Origin: Anaeramoeba ignava BMAN
Lineage: Eukaryota; Protista; Anaeramoebae
Direction of reading: 5' to 3'
Length of the DNA stretch: 64,000 bases
Assembly: GCA_028826165.1 (NCBI GenBank)
Contig: JAPDFW010000103.1
Location: 372,001 to 436,000, forward strand
In this document: piece by piece, positions 40,074 to 56,100 of the stretch
Numbering within the stretch: the stretch's first letter is position 1
Layout: every line of letters begins with the position of its first letter
The notes under the pieces: model-generated
What the model saw: the letters and a program-made list of their open reading frames with translations, nothing else
The model's database searches: none
What the model was told of the DNA's origin: nothing
Translations under genes and position numbers: made by a program

Positions 40074-41504
40074 ATGGAAAATTATTTAAATTTAGAAAAA
40101 CTTTCAAATGATTTAAAAAATTTATTTCAAAATCAAAATCAAAATCAAAATCAAAAAGAAGAAGAAAGTTATTTTGATTTTGAAATAATTTGTGAACAAA
40201 ATGAAATTTCATTTAAAACTCATAAATCAATTCTTTCTTCAAGAAGTCAATATTTTAAATCTCTTTTCAATTCAAAAATGAAAGAATATCAAGAAAATAA
40301 ATTAATTCTAGAAGATGTTTCAAGTGAAATTCTATTTTCAATTTTGAATTATTTTTATTCAGGAAAAATTGAAATTAATTTAGAAAATGCAATTCAAATT
40401 TTAGTTTTTTCATCAAAATATTTAATTGATGAATTAATTGAAATTTCTTCAAAATTTATCAAAAATAATTTACAAATTGAAACTATTGTTGATGTTCTTA
40501 AATTATCTGAATCAATGAACTTAAATCAATTATTAGATTATTCTTATCAATTTATTTTAGAAAATTTTGATAAATTTATTAAAACTCCTTTTTTTCTTGA
40601 ACTTGAAGAAAATCATTTAAATTTAATTTTATCAAATGATATTATTTTATTAAATGAAATTGAAATTTTACAATCAATAATAAAATGGGGAAAACATAAA
40701 TTAAATATTAATCAAGAAGAAGAAGAAAACAAAAAAGAACAATTACAAAATCAAATTTCAAATATTATTCAAAAAATAAGATTTATTGATTTTACAAAAC
40801 AAGAAATTGAAGATATTTTGAAACAAAATTTAATTCCAAATCAAATTTCACAAAAATTAATTCAATTCCAAAAACTTCAAAATAACAAAAAAGAATTAAA
40901 TAAATTTCTTGAAAAAGAAAATTCATTAATTTTCAAACGAAGATTAAATATACATACTTCAGAAATTATTAAAGATGTTGAATATATTAAGAAATTAAAA
41001 GAATGGATAAATGATAATGATTTTTTTTCCAAAATGAAAAAAGGATTTTCAGCCAAAAGAGATGGATTTGATTGTAAAAAATGGCATTCAGCAGTTGATA
41101 AGAAAGGGAAAACATTAATTATTATCAAAACAACAGATAATTTTATTTTTGGAGGTTTTACTCAAGTTGGATATAAATATTCAATAGGTGGAGAATGGAT
41201 TAACGATCCAAATGCATTTATTTTTTCATTAAGAAATGATAAAGGAGATAGAAAACCTGCAAAGTTTACAGCTAAAGAAGGTTCTGCAATTTTTTCCCGT
41301 TTAAGTGATGGTCCAGAATTTGGAAAATATAATACTGCAAATGATTTTTATTTATATTCTGATTTACAACCTGGTTTTTCAAATTTTGGTTATGGCTATA
41401 ACCTACCTAAAGGAATTAAAGAAGGAACAAATGAAGCTAATAGTTATTTAGCTGGTTCTTATAATAAATGGGTTGTTGATGAAGTTGAAACTTATTTCAT
41501 TTAA
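40074..41504 (+). CDS. BTB-BACK-TLDc protein
   Basis: Intronless 476 aa: FKTHKSILSSRSQYFKSLF (BTB), FLELEENHL...EIEILQSIIKW (BACK), C-terminal TLDc. Confidence 0.9.
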   Translation: MENYLNLEKLSNDLKNLFQNQNQNQNQKEEESYFDFEIICEQNEISFKTHKSILSSRSQYFKSLFNSKMKEYQENKLILEDVSSEILFSILNYFYSGKIEINLENAIQILVFSSKYLIDELIEISSKFIKNNLQIETIVDVLKLSESMNLNQLLDYSYQFILENFDKFIKTPFFLELEENHLNLILSNDIILLNEIEILQSIIKWGKHKLNINQEEEENKKEQLQNQISNIIQKIRFIDFTKQEIEDILKQNLIPNQISQKLIQFQKLQNNKKELNKFLEKENSLIFKRRLNIHTSEIIKDVEYIKKLKEWINDNDFFSKMKKGFSAKRDGFDCKKWHSAVDKKGKTLIIIKTTDNFIFGGFTQVGYKYSIGGEWINDPNAFIFSLRNDKGDRKPAKFTAKEGSAIFSRLSDGPEFGKYNTANDFYLYSDLQPGFSNFGYGYNLPKGIKEGTNEANSYLAGSYNKWVVDEVETYFI

Positions 41505-41729
41505 TTTCTTATTTTTTTTCAAAATTTAATTTTATTTTGATTTATTTTTAATCAAATTAAATTCTTCAAATCAATAAATAAGAAACAAATCAAATTTTAA
41601 ATAATTTAATTTTAATTTAAAATATTTATTAAAAATTTAATTAATAAATTTTGAAAAATTGAATATTTTTTTTAAGATAATAAACCAAAATAAAAATTGA
41701 AAATAGAAATTAATAATAATCAAATTTAA

Positions 41730-42710
41730 ATTTTATTGTTTCAATTTAAAATAAAATAAATTTAAAATAAATTATTATTAAATATTATTAAAATTAAATA
41801 TTTATCTTTATTAAAATATTTATTCCACTTTTTTTAAATTTATTTTATTATAATTAAAATTAAATTAATAAATAATTAAAAATATTAATTTAATAATTAA
41901 TATTATTATTTCAATTTAAAATAAAATAAATTTAAAATAAAATTATTATTAATTATTATTAAAATTAAATATTTATCTTTATTAAAATATTTATTCCACT
42001 TTTTAATATATTTTATTTTAAATTAAAATAAATTAATTTAAATTAAAAATATTAATTTAATAAATAATAATATTATTTCAATTTAAAATAAAATAAATTT
42101 AAAATAAATTATTATTAAATATTATTAAAATTAAATATTTATCTTTAATTAAAATATTTATTCCACTTTTTAAATATATTTTATTATAATTAAAATTGAA
42201 TTAATAAATAATTAAAAATATTAATTTAATAATTAATAATATTATTTAAATTTAAAATAAAATAAATTTAAAATAAATTATTATTAATATTATTAAAATT
42301 AAATATTTATCTTTATTAAAATATTTATTCCACTTTTTAATATATTTTATTATAATTAAAATTGAATTAATAAATAATTAATAATATTAATTTAATAATT
42401 AATATTATTATTTCAATTTAAAATAAAATAAATTTAAAATAAATTATTATTAATTATTATTAAAATTAAATATTTATTTTTATTAAAATATTTAATCCAC
42501 TTTTTTTAATATATTTTATTTTAAATTAAAATTGAATTAATAAATAATTAAAAATATTAATTTAATAAATAAAATTATTATTTCAATCTAAAATAAAATA
42601 AATCTAAAATAAATTATTATTAAATATTATTAAAATTAAATATTTATTTTTATTAAAATATTTATTCCACTTTTTTTAAATATATTTTATTTTAAATTAA
42701 AATGAAATTA
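41730..42710. repeat. About 6 copies of the ~168-170-bp satellite
   Basis: T[A/T]TCCAC anchors at ~41821, 41992, 42159, 42326, 42493, 42663. Confidence 0.85.
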
Positions 42711-42785
42711 ATTTAAATTAAATTGTTGAAATGCTTTATTCTGAATTAAAGAAAAAAAATCAAAGTTTGCTTTTTTTTTGGATTT

Positions 42786-44276
42786 TTAAAGGAAAAAACT
42801 TTCAATTTCTTCAACTTCCCATTCATTAAAAGAACCAGCTAAAAAAGTTTTCGCTTTAACTGATCCTAATTTAATTCCATCAGGAAGTTGATAAGCAACA
42901 CCTAAATTCGACAAACCACCTTGTAAATTTGAATCAACTATTAAATCCTGCATTTTAAAAGGATCAAAACTACCACCAAAAAACGGACCATAAACCGAAT
43001 AACCATATCTAAGTGCAAAAAAGTGTGATTCTTTTTTAATTGGAATTTTGACAGGTTTTCGATCATCCTTTTCATTTCTTAATGAAAAAATAAATGCATT
43101 TGGATCATTAATCCAACCTCCAAGTACATCACTCCATCCAACTTGAGTAAAACCTCCAAAAATAAAATTATCTGTTGTTTTGATAATAATTAATGTTTTT
43201 CCTTTCCCATCAACTGCTGAATGCCAATTTTTACAATCAAATCCATCTCTTTTGGCTGAAAATCCTTTTTTCATTTTGGAAAAAAAATCATCATCATTTA
43301 TCCATTCTTGTAATTTGTGAACATATTCAATTTGTTGAATTATTGATGATTGAATTAGAATTCTATTTCTTGACTTGAAAAATAATGAATTTTCGTTTTG
43401 ATTTTCTTTTTGAATAAATTGATTTAATTTTGTTCCTGTTTTTTTTTGAAGTTTTTGGAATTGAATTAATTTTTGTGAAATTTGATTTGGAATTAAATCT
43501 TGTTTCAAAATATCTTCAACTTCTTGTTTTGTAAAATCAATAAATCTTATTTTTTGAATAATATTTGAAATTTGATTTTGTAATTGTTCTTTTTTGTTTT
43601 GTTCTTCATCAATGTCTTGAAAATAATTGACTTTGTGTTTTCCCCATTTTATTATTGATTGTAAAATTTCGGATTCATTTAATGAAATTTCATAATTTGA
43701 TAAAATTAAATTTAAATGATTTTCTTCAAGTTCAAGAAAAAAAGGAGTTTTAATAAATTTATCAAAATTTTCTAAAATAAATTGATAAGAATAATCTAAT
43801 AATTGATTTAAGTTCATTGATTCAGATAACTTAAGAACATCAACAATAGTTTCAATTTGAAAATTATTTTTGATAAATTTTAAACAAATTTCAATTAATT
43901 CATCAATTAAATATTTTGATGAAAAAACTAAAATTTGAATTGCATTTTCTAAATTAATTTCAATTTTTCCTGAATAAAAATAATTCAAAATTGAAAATAG
44001 AATTTCACTTGAAACATCTTCTAGAATTAATTTATTTTCTTGATATTCTTTCATTTTTGAATTGAAAAGAGATTTAAAATAATGGCTTCTTGAAGAAAGA
44101 ATTGATTTATGAGTTTTAAATGAAATTTCATTTTGTTCACAAATTATTTCAAAATCAAAATAACTTTCTTCTTCTTTTTGATTTTGATTTTGATTTTGAT
44201 ATTGATTTTGATTTTGATTTTGAAATAAATTTTTTAAATCATTTGAAAGTTTTTCTAAATTTAAATAATTTTCCAT
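42786..44276 (-). CDS. BTB-BACK-TLDc protein (inverted paralog of 40074-41504)
   Basis: Intronless 496 aa; BTB-BACK half is nearly identical to the neighbour, while the TLDc C-terminus is diverged. Confidence 0.9.
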   Translation of the reverse strand: MENYLNLEKLSNDLKNLFQNQNQNQYQNQNQNQKEEESYFDFEIICEQNEISFKTHKSILSSRSHYFKSLFNSKMKEYQENKLILEDVSSEILFSILNYFYSGKIEINLENAIQILVFSSKYLIDELIEICLKFIKNNFQIETIVDVLKLSESMNLNQLLDYSYQFILENFDKFIKTPFFLELEENHLNLILSNYEISLNESEILQSIIKWGKHKVNYFQDIDEEQNKKEQLQNQISNIIQKIRFIDFTKQEVEDILKQDLIPNQISQKLIQFQKLQKKTGTKLNQFIQKENQNENSLFFKSRNRILIQSSIIQQIEYVHKLQEWINDDDFFSKMKKGFSAKRDGFDCKNWHSAVDGKGKTLIIIKTTDNFIFGGFTQVGWSDVLGGWINDPNAFIFSLRNEKDDRKPVKIPIKKESHFFALRYGYSVYGPFFGGSFDPFKMQDLIVDSNLQGGLSNLGVAYQLPDGIKLGSVKAKTFLAGSFNEWEVEEIESFFL

Positions 44277-44401
44277 TTTTAATTAAAAAATTGAAATGAA
44301 AAAAATGAAAAAAATTTTTTTGAATTTAATTTTGAATTTAAAAAGAAATCTATAATTTCAAAAAAAGAAAAGAAAAGAAAGAAGAAGAAGAAGAAAAAGA
44401 G

Positions 44402-47130
<2,729 letters not shown>

Positions 47131-47370
47131 TTATTTTTTTTTTGAATCTTTTTTCTTCTTCTGTTTTCCAAAATCAAACAAAATTAAAACAAAAAGAATA
47201 ACAAAAAAAAAAAAATTTGAATGATTCAAAATTCAAAATTCAATTTTCTATTTTTTTGATCCTCAATTAAATTGATTTAAAATGTTAAAGAGAAAAAGAA
47301 AAGAAAAGAAAAGAAAAGAAAGTTTTTCTTTTTTTTTTTTCAAATTAAAATTTTCATTTGAAAATTCTAA

Positions 47371-50300
47371 TCATTTTTGGATATTACTTGAAGTATCAAA
47401 AATAACCATTGGATGAAATGTTTGAGGTAAAAATTTTGCTTCATAAGTATTAAGAGGTTCATTTTCCTCTGCGCTTTGATAGAACTTAGAAATCCATTCA
47501 AGTTCATTTTTTGGAGACGATCCAAAATCACTAGCAAACAATTGAAAAATATAAGGAAGAAGTGCTTTTTTTGTTTTATGACTAATTTTCATATGTTTTT
47601 CAATATATTGTTTTGTTGAGTTTTCAAGTTCTTGATTGATTGAGTTTGGATCATATGCTCTCATTGGTGGAGAGTGGATATTGAATCCCGAAATTGCGAA
47701 ATGGATTCTTGGATCAAGTGGAATCGAGTATTTTGTTCTAATGTCACCACTTTCAAAATGAGGAATTATTTTTTGTTTGTTTGAATGTGATTGATTATTT
47801 CTCAGAATTCCATCGCGAATATCAAGAAGTGAGAAAAAATTCTGTCCGATTTTGTATCTATTTTCTGTCATAAACCGTGTGATTTGTGCTTTATCATTTG
47901 ATATTCCATTTGTGATTGCTGATTGTGAAAGAAGAACATTGTAAATATTTATAAAAAAGCTTTTTCTTTCTTCTTCTGAAAGCAAAGCCAAGTCAACTTT
48001 CTGTAATTTAATTGTTGAATTTACAAATCGACTAAAAACAACAGATTGTGATAATTTTACAAAATCAATTTGTTCTGTGCTTATTGAATAGAATGAACTG
48101 AATAAATCAATCACGCTATTCACTAATTCTTGTGAAAGTAAACAAGCACCTTCAATTTCTCCTTTAAATTTAATAGAAATATTCAATGCTGTTTCGTTTC
48201 TTGGTTTTGAGAGAAGAGTTGCCTTAAATTATTTAAAATCAAATATTTAAAAATATTTAAAAATATTTAAAATTATTTAAAAATATTTGAAAATATTTAA
48301 AAATATTTAAAATATTTAAAATCAAATATTTAAAATTATTTAAAATATTTAAAATCAAATATTTAAAATTATTTAAAATTATTTAAAATTATTTAAAATT
48401 ATTTAAAATTATTTAAAAATATTCTACTTTTTTCATAACTTTCGGTTGATATTGCTCTTTCGGATTATTCACTGTTCTAAATAAATTCCGAGAAATTTTA
48501 AGCGCATAAATAAATGTTTCGTAAATCATCTTCTTCATTTTCTCTTGTGATTGATCAAACATTCCTCTTGTAATAGCTTCTTTTGTAATTAACATCTCAA
48601 TTTCTTCCCTTAATTTCTTTTTGATATTAATTTCAAAAAGTGATTCGGTTTTAATAAACTTCACATAAATTTCATTTGCAGCTGTTTTTAATTTCTATAT
48701 ATTTATATATATATTTTTAATATTTAAAATATAAAATTTGATTCTTTTAATTTTGCTGTTTTCTTTTTTATAAAAAAATTTTAATAATTCTTCTTTTCTT
48801 TAATTACTTCAACTTCAGTAATTTTCCGAAATTTTTCAACTTCTAAATAAAATAATAAACTTTCTTGTTTGAAATTTTCACATAAAAATTCTTTGAAAAT
48901 TTGAAGAATTTCTGGTTTTACAAGTAAATTATTAAAAACTTCATTTTCCTTTTAAAATAAATATTTTTCATTTTCAAAAATTTTTGTTATTTGAGAATTT
49001 AATAAAATGAAAAGAAAATACATCAAATTTTTCAAGTGCAGAATCTGTAACTTGAACTGATTGATATCTTTTTAAAGATTCTTGTGAATGAGCTCTCTTT
49101 TAATATAAATTTTTGATTTTAATTTATTTTAATTTTAATTTTATTTTTGATTTTATTTTTAATTTTAATTTTATAAATGGATTTTAATTTTAATTTTAAT
49201 TTTAATTTTAATTTTAATTTTAATTTTAATTTTAATTTTAATTTTAATTTTAATTTTAATTTCAATTTTAATTTTAATTTTAATTTTAATTTTTAATTTT
49301 TAATTTTTAATTTTAATTACTTCTGAAATATCTGAAAATTCCCCATCTCGTTCAGAATTAGAAACTAATGCATCTGAAGTTTGTGTTTGATTGTTTGTTC
49401 CATCAGTTTTCACATTTTGTTTGTATTGTTCAATTTCGGCTAATAATTGACGATTTTCAAAAGCCTTTTGTTTAATTTGATTTTTCAATGTTTTCAATCT
49501 TTTTTCAATAATATGTTGCGATTGTGGATCACGATTCTTTTCAAAAAGATTCCATTCTTGCCCTTCCATAACTTGTTCTTTTACTTGTTCAAGACTGTTT
49601 TCGATTTCTTTGATTTCCTCTTCTCTTGAAGTTTCATTATTTTCGGGAATTTTTGAAATATTTTCAAGAAAATCATTTGAATCCGTTAATTGTTTTTGAA
49701 ATAATTCTTGATCCACTTTTCTTTGTTCAAATTCCTTTTCAAGTTCTGCTATTTTGTTTCTTTTTTCTTCGTTTTTTTTATCTTCTTTAAGTTGTTTAAT
49801 TTCATTTTTCACACTTTCAATTGATGAATTTAAATCCTTTATTGTTTGTTCTGTAACTTTGAGTTCTTCAATAATTTTTGGAGCTCCTTCATTATAACTT
49901 TTAATTTCTTTCGTTATTTTTTCTAAATCAATTGAAAGCAAATCATTTTCTTTTACTTTGTCATTAAATCGTTGTTGAGCTCCTCCAAGTTTCATTTGTA
50001 ATGATCCACTTAGATCTTGTGATTTCAATGTTTGGATTTCAAATTTGAGTTTTTTGATTTGATGTTTTAATGTTTGGATTTCTTGTGATTGATTTTCTGA
50101 TTGTAATTTAGATTCAAAATCAAGATCTAGGGCTATAAATGTTTCTTTTGGTGGTTCGTCTGCTGGTTGTAATTCTAGATAAAATACTGTGTTGCTTCCT
50201 AATTGAATGATCTCAAATTTGATATGTGCCCAGAATGATGTACCGGAAAGAGTTCTACATTGTAAATCTAAACTAATTTGACCTTTATTTCTAAAAGAAG

Positions 50301-52684
50301 AATAATATTTTTATATTTATAAATATAAATATAAATATAAATATAAATATAATTATAAATTTAATTATAAATATAAATATAAATATAATTATAAATATAA
50401 TTATAAATATAATTATAAATATAATTATAAATATAAATATAATTATAAATTTAATTATAAATTTAATTATAAATTTTAATTATAAATTTAATTATAAATT
50501 TAATTATAAATTTAATTATAAATTTAATTATAAATATAAATATAAATTTAATTATAAATTTAATTATAAATTTAATTATAAATATAATTATAAATTTAAT
50601 TGTAAATTTAATTATTAATTTAGTTATAAATTTAATTATAAATTTAATTATAAATTTTTATTATAAATTTAATTATAAATTTAATTATTAATAAAATTAT
50701 AAATTTAATTATAAATTTGATTATAAATTTAATTATTAATTTGATTATAAATTTAATTATAAATATAATTATAAATTTAATTATAAATATAATTATAAAT
50801 ATAATTATAAATTTAATTATAAATTTAATTATAAATATAATTATAAATATAATTATAAATTTAATTATAAATTTAATTATAAATTTAATTATATATTTAA
50901 TTATAAATTTAATTATAAATATAATTATAAATATAATTATAAATATAATTATAAATTTAATTATTAATTTAATTATAAATTTAATTATAAATATAATTAT
51001 AAATTTGATTATAAATTTAATTATAAATTTAATTATTAATAAAATTATAAATTTAATTATAAATTTAATTATTAATAAAATTATAAATATAATTATAAAT
51101 TTAATTATAAATATAAATATAATTATAAATTTAATTATAAATATAAATATAAATTTAAATATAAATATAATTATAAATATAATTATAAATTTTGATATAA
51201 ATTTAATTATAAATTTTGATATAAATTTAATTATAAATATAATTATAAATTTTGATATAAATTTAATTATAAATTTTGATAATATAAATTTAATTATAAA
51301 TTTAATTATAAATTTAATTATAAATTTAATTATAAATTTAATTATAAATTTAATTATTAATATTATTATAAATTTAATTATAAATTTAATTATAAATTTA
51401 ATTATAAATTTAATTATAAATTTAATTATAAATTTAATTATATATTTAATTATATATTTAATTATAAATTTAATTATAAATTTAATAATAAATATAATTA
51501 TAAATTTAATTATAAATTTAATTATAAATATAATTATATATTTAATTATAAATTTAATTATAAATTTAATTATAAATTTAATTATCAATTTAATTATATA
51601 AATATAAATATAATTATAAATTTAATTGTTAATTTAATTATAAATTTAATTATAAATATAATTATATATTTAATTATAAATTTAATTATAAATATAATTA
51701 TAAATTTAATTATAAATTTAATTATAAATTTAATTATAAATTTAATTATAAATTTAATTATAAATTTAATTATAAATTTAATTATAAATTTAATTATTAA
51801 TATTATTATAAATTTAATTATAAATTTAATTATAAATTTAATTATAAATTTAATTATAAATTTAATTATTAATATTATTATAAATTTAATTATAAATTTA
51901 ATTATAAATTTAATTATAAATTTAATTATAAATTTAATTATTAATATAATTATAAATTTAATTATATATTTAATTATAAATTTAATTATAAATTTAATTA
52001 TATATTTAATTATAAATATAATTATAAATTTAATTATATATTTAATTATATATTTAATTATAAATTTAATTATAAATATAATTATAAATTTAATTATAAA
52101 TTTAATTATAAATTTAATTATAAATTTAATTATAAATTTAATTATAAATTTAATTATAAATTTAATTATAAATATAATTATTAATTTAATTATAAATTTA
52201 ATTATAAATTTAATTATAAATTTAATTATAAATATAATTATTAATATAATTATAAATTTAATTATAAATATAATTATAAATTTAATTATAAATTTAATTA
52301 TAAATAAAATTATAAATTTAATTATATATTTAATTATTAATATAATTATAAATTTAATTATAAATTTAATTATAAATATAAAAGAAGAAAAAAAAAATGA
52401 TCAAAAACAGACTCTTGAGCTCTTAAAACAACCATATCAACAACTCTTTGAGAAGGAAGTTGGATATGATTTTGAAAGATCACTAAAGTATTCAAAAAAG
52501 TTTGTTTTGATAATTCTTTTCGAGATTTTGCTCCAAACATTTTAATTGCTGCTTCACTTGCAAATTCAAAAACACCTGTTTGTTTTAATAAAACAACTGC
52601 ATTTGTTGATTCTTGTAATGTTTGTTTGAATTGTTTAGTTTGATTTTTGGGAATTTGTTTTGCAAATGTTTTTATATTTCCCAT
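47371..52684 (-). CDS. Predicted N-myristoylated PAS - coiled coil - RGS - DUF547 protein
   Basis: Exons 52684-52413, 50290-49321, 49096-49022, 48948-48808, 48694-48428, 48222-47371. MGN start; PAS/PAC-like FASEAAIKMFG...CRTLSGTSFWAHI; RGS FKEFLCENFKQESLLFYLEVEKF...ANEIYVKFI...FEINI; DUF547 ERKSFFINIYN...SLLDIRDGILR...DPRIHFA. Confidence 0.8.
50320..52380. repeat. Intronic 12-bp tandem repeat (AATTATAAATTT)n
   Basis: About 2 kb filling the intron that splits the PAS domain; source of the IIKF/LIIN ORFs. Confidence 0.92.
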
Positions 52685-53132
52685 TAATTTCAAAAAAAAA
52701 AAATGATCTCAAAAATAAAAAAAAATAAAAAAAATAAAAATTAAAAATAAAAATAAAAATTATTAATAATTAAAAAATAATGATTAATAATGATCTTGTT
52801 AAATAAAAAATTAAACTAACAAATCAAATAAAAGAAAATCAATTTTTAATAAAAAAAAAAAAGAGGAAAATTTATTATTTTATCTCTTCTTCATTTGATC
52901 AAAAAGAAAAGAAAAAAGAAAAGAAAAGGGATAAAAAAAAAAAGAAAAGGGAAAATTTTGTTTTTAATTTGCTTTTTATTTTTCTTTTTGGATTTGATCG
53001 TTGTAAAATAAAAAAGAAAAATAAGGGGAATTCACTCAAAAATTATTTAAAAAAAAAAAATTTTTTCCTAAATTGAAAAACGAAAATTGAATTGAAAATT
53101 GAATTGAAAATTGAATTGAAAGATAAAGCAAA

Positions 53133-56100
53133 TCAAAATAATTGAAAATGAGAAGAAATTTTATAAAAAGCCCATTTGATAATCAGATAAACTATCCAAA
53201 GAAAAATAACGGAACTGATAAATTCTTTCCAAATAAATTTTTCAGCATTTTTTGCTTTAAGAATAACTTCTCTTTGATTTTTGGCAAGTTGCAATGGAAT
53301 TGAGTTTTGATTTGGTTGATAAAAATCAACAACATTACGAAGATCTTGGAATTCTTTTTGAGGTAAATCATTGAATTCATCAAAATAAAATGATTTGATA
53401 ACTTTTTGAACAACAGAATAACTTTTATTTGATCCATCTTTAACAGATTTAACATTTTCTTCTGAATCTTGAATTAATTGTTCAAAATAATCACTTCTTG
53501 CCAATAAAATCAGTTTATGAACCTTAATTGATTTTTTATCAACAATAATTTCAAAATCTTTTGAAGAGTTTTGAGAATATAATTTTCTGAAAGTTTTTAA
53601 AAGGCTTTTCTGATTGATTTTTGAATCATGAGAAGGTGTTGAAATTCCAATTGATTTTGCAATATCAGTTACTTCTCTAAATGAAGATGTAGTTATTATT
53701 CCTCCATAAATGTAGTTCATAAATAAAGTAACTGAACTTCTTGGTCTCTTCTTGAAAATTTCGAGTGCTTTTTTCATGTTATTCTCTCCTATTCTTGCAT
53801 TTAGAATTAATGCATGACATCGAATAGATCCGTTTGAACATTCAATTTCCATATCTGTATATTCTTGATCTGTGAATAATTCAAGTATATCTTCTCCAAG
53901 TGGTGAATATTCTTTGATTTGGTTAACTTTTGTAATATCTCTTATTAATTTTAAAGAATTCTTATTTAAAGTTATTAATTAATTTTTAATTCATTTTTTT
54001 TTTAATTTTGTTATAAAATACTGATTTTAATCTCTTATCTTGTGTTGCTAAATATAAAATTCTTAGAGAATCAACTGGAAGGTTTTTTTGACATGCTAAT
54101 TTTAGTGCATGAATTGACTAATTTTATGAATAATTTTATAAATAATTTTATATTTAATTTTATAAATAATTTTATAAATAATTTAATAAATAATTTTATA
54201 AATAATTTTATAAATAATTTTATAAATAATTTAATAAATAATTTTATATATAATTTTATAAATAATTTTATAAATAATTTTATTAATAATTTTATATATA
54301 ATTTTATAAATAATTTTATAAATAATTTTATTAATAATTTTATATATAATTTTATAAATAATTTTATAAATAATTTAATAAATAATTTTATAAATAATTT
54401 TATAAATAATTTTATTAATAATTTTATAAATAATTCTATATTTAATTTAATATATAATTTTATATTTAATTTTATAAATAATTTTTATAAATAATTTTAT
54501 ATTTAATTTTATAAATAATTTTATAAATAATTTTATAAATAATTTTATATATAATTTTATTAATAATTTTATAAATAATTTTATATTTAATTTTATAAAT
54601 AATTTAATATTTAATTTTATATTTAATTTTATAAATAATTTTATAAATAATTTTTATAAATAATTTTATAAATAATAATTTTTTATAAATAATTTTATAA
54701 ATAATTTTATAAAATAATTTTATATATAATTTTATAAATAATTTTATAAATAATTTTATAAATAATTTTATATTTAATTTTATAAATAATTTAATAAATA
54801 ATTTTTATAAATAATTTTATAAATAATTTTATAAATAATTTTATAAATAAATTTTATAAATAATTTTATAAATAATTTAATAAAATAATTTTATATATAA
54901 TTTTATAAATAATTTTATAAATAATTTTATAAATAATTTTATATTTAATTTTATAATTTAATTTTATAATTAATTTTATAATTAATTTTATATTTAATTT
55001 TATATATAATTTTTATAATTAATTTTTATATATAATTTTATAAATAATTTTATAAATAATTTTATATTTAATTTTATAAATAATTTTATATTTAATTTTA
55101 TAAATAATTTTATATTTAATTTTATAATTAATTTTATAAATAATTTTATTAATAATTTTATAATTAATTTTATAAATAATTTTATAAATAATTCTATATT
55201 TAATTTTATAAATAATTTTATAAATAATTTTATAAATAATTTTATAAATAATTTTATAAATAATTTTATAAATAATTTTATAAATAATTTTATAAATAAT
55301 TTTATAAATAATTTTATAATTAATTTTATAAATAATTTTATAATTAATTTTATAAATAATTTTATATTTAATTATATATTTAATTTTATAAATAATTTTA
55401 TAAATAATTTTATATTTAATTTTATAAATAATTTTATATTTAATCTCTTTCTAAATTTTTTTACTTTATGAGAATCTAATGGACATCCTGCAGTAATTAA
55501 TGAATGAATTAATTGAGAATTTGCATTACTATTAATTGCAAGATGAATTGCTCTTTGAAACTTTAATGTGTTTATATTTTTGTTATAAAATTTGAATAAA
55601 TAAAATTTATTTATTTATTTATAAATATTTTACAGTCTAAAATAAAATGAAAAACAAAAATATATAAATAAATACTTTTAAAAAAGTATTAAAAATAAAA
55701 TTTCGCAAACATCCTAAACAAAATAAAAAAATAAACTCAAATCTTTTAATAATTTTTTTTATTCATTTTTTAAAAAGAAATTTTATTTACAGTTTTTGGT
55801 GTAACTTTTGCTCCTTTGGAAATTAAATAATCAACTGTTCCAGGAGATGTTCCAGCTTGTGCTGCAAAATGTAATGGTGTATATCTCTAATTTTTTGTAT
55901 TTAAATATATTATTATTATTATTTTGATATTTAACTTTTGTTTTTTAAATTTACAGACTAAAAAAAAAAAGATAATAAAATTGTTAAAAATTTAAATAAA
56001 AATGAAGAAATTACTTTCTAAAAAAATTAAATAAAAAAATTAAATATAAAATTAAATATTAAATTAAATATAAAATATAAATACATTTTTTAAATTAACA

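Noticed and set aside
35300-42710. Regularly spaced repeats as CRISPR arrays
   Set aside because: Whole units repeat with no unique spacers, and there are no cas genes.
54118-55464. Further microexons between ankyrin exons 6 and 7
   Set aside because: No internal AG-NNN-GT found; the following repeat is degenerate.
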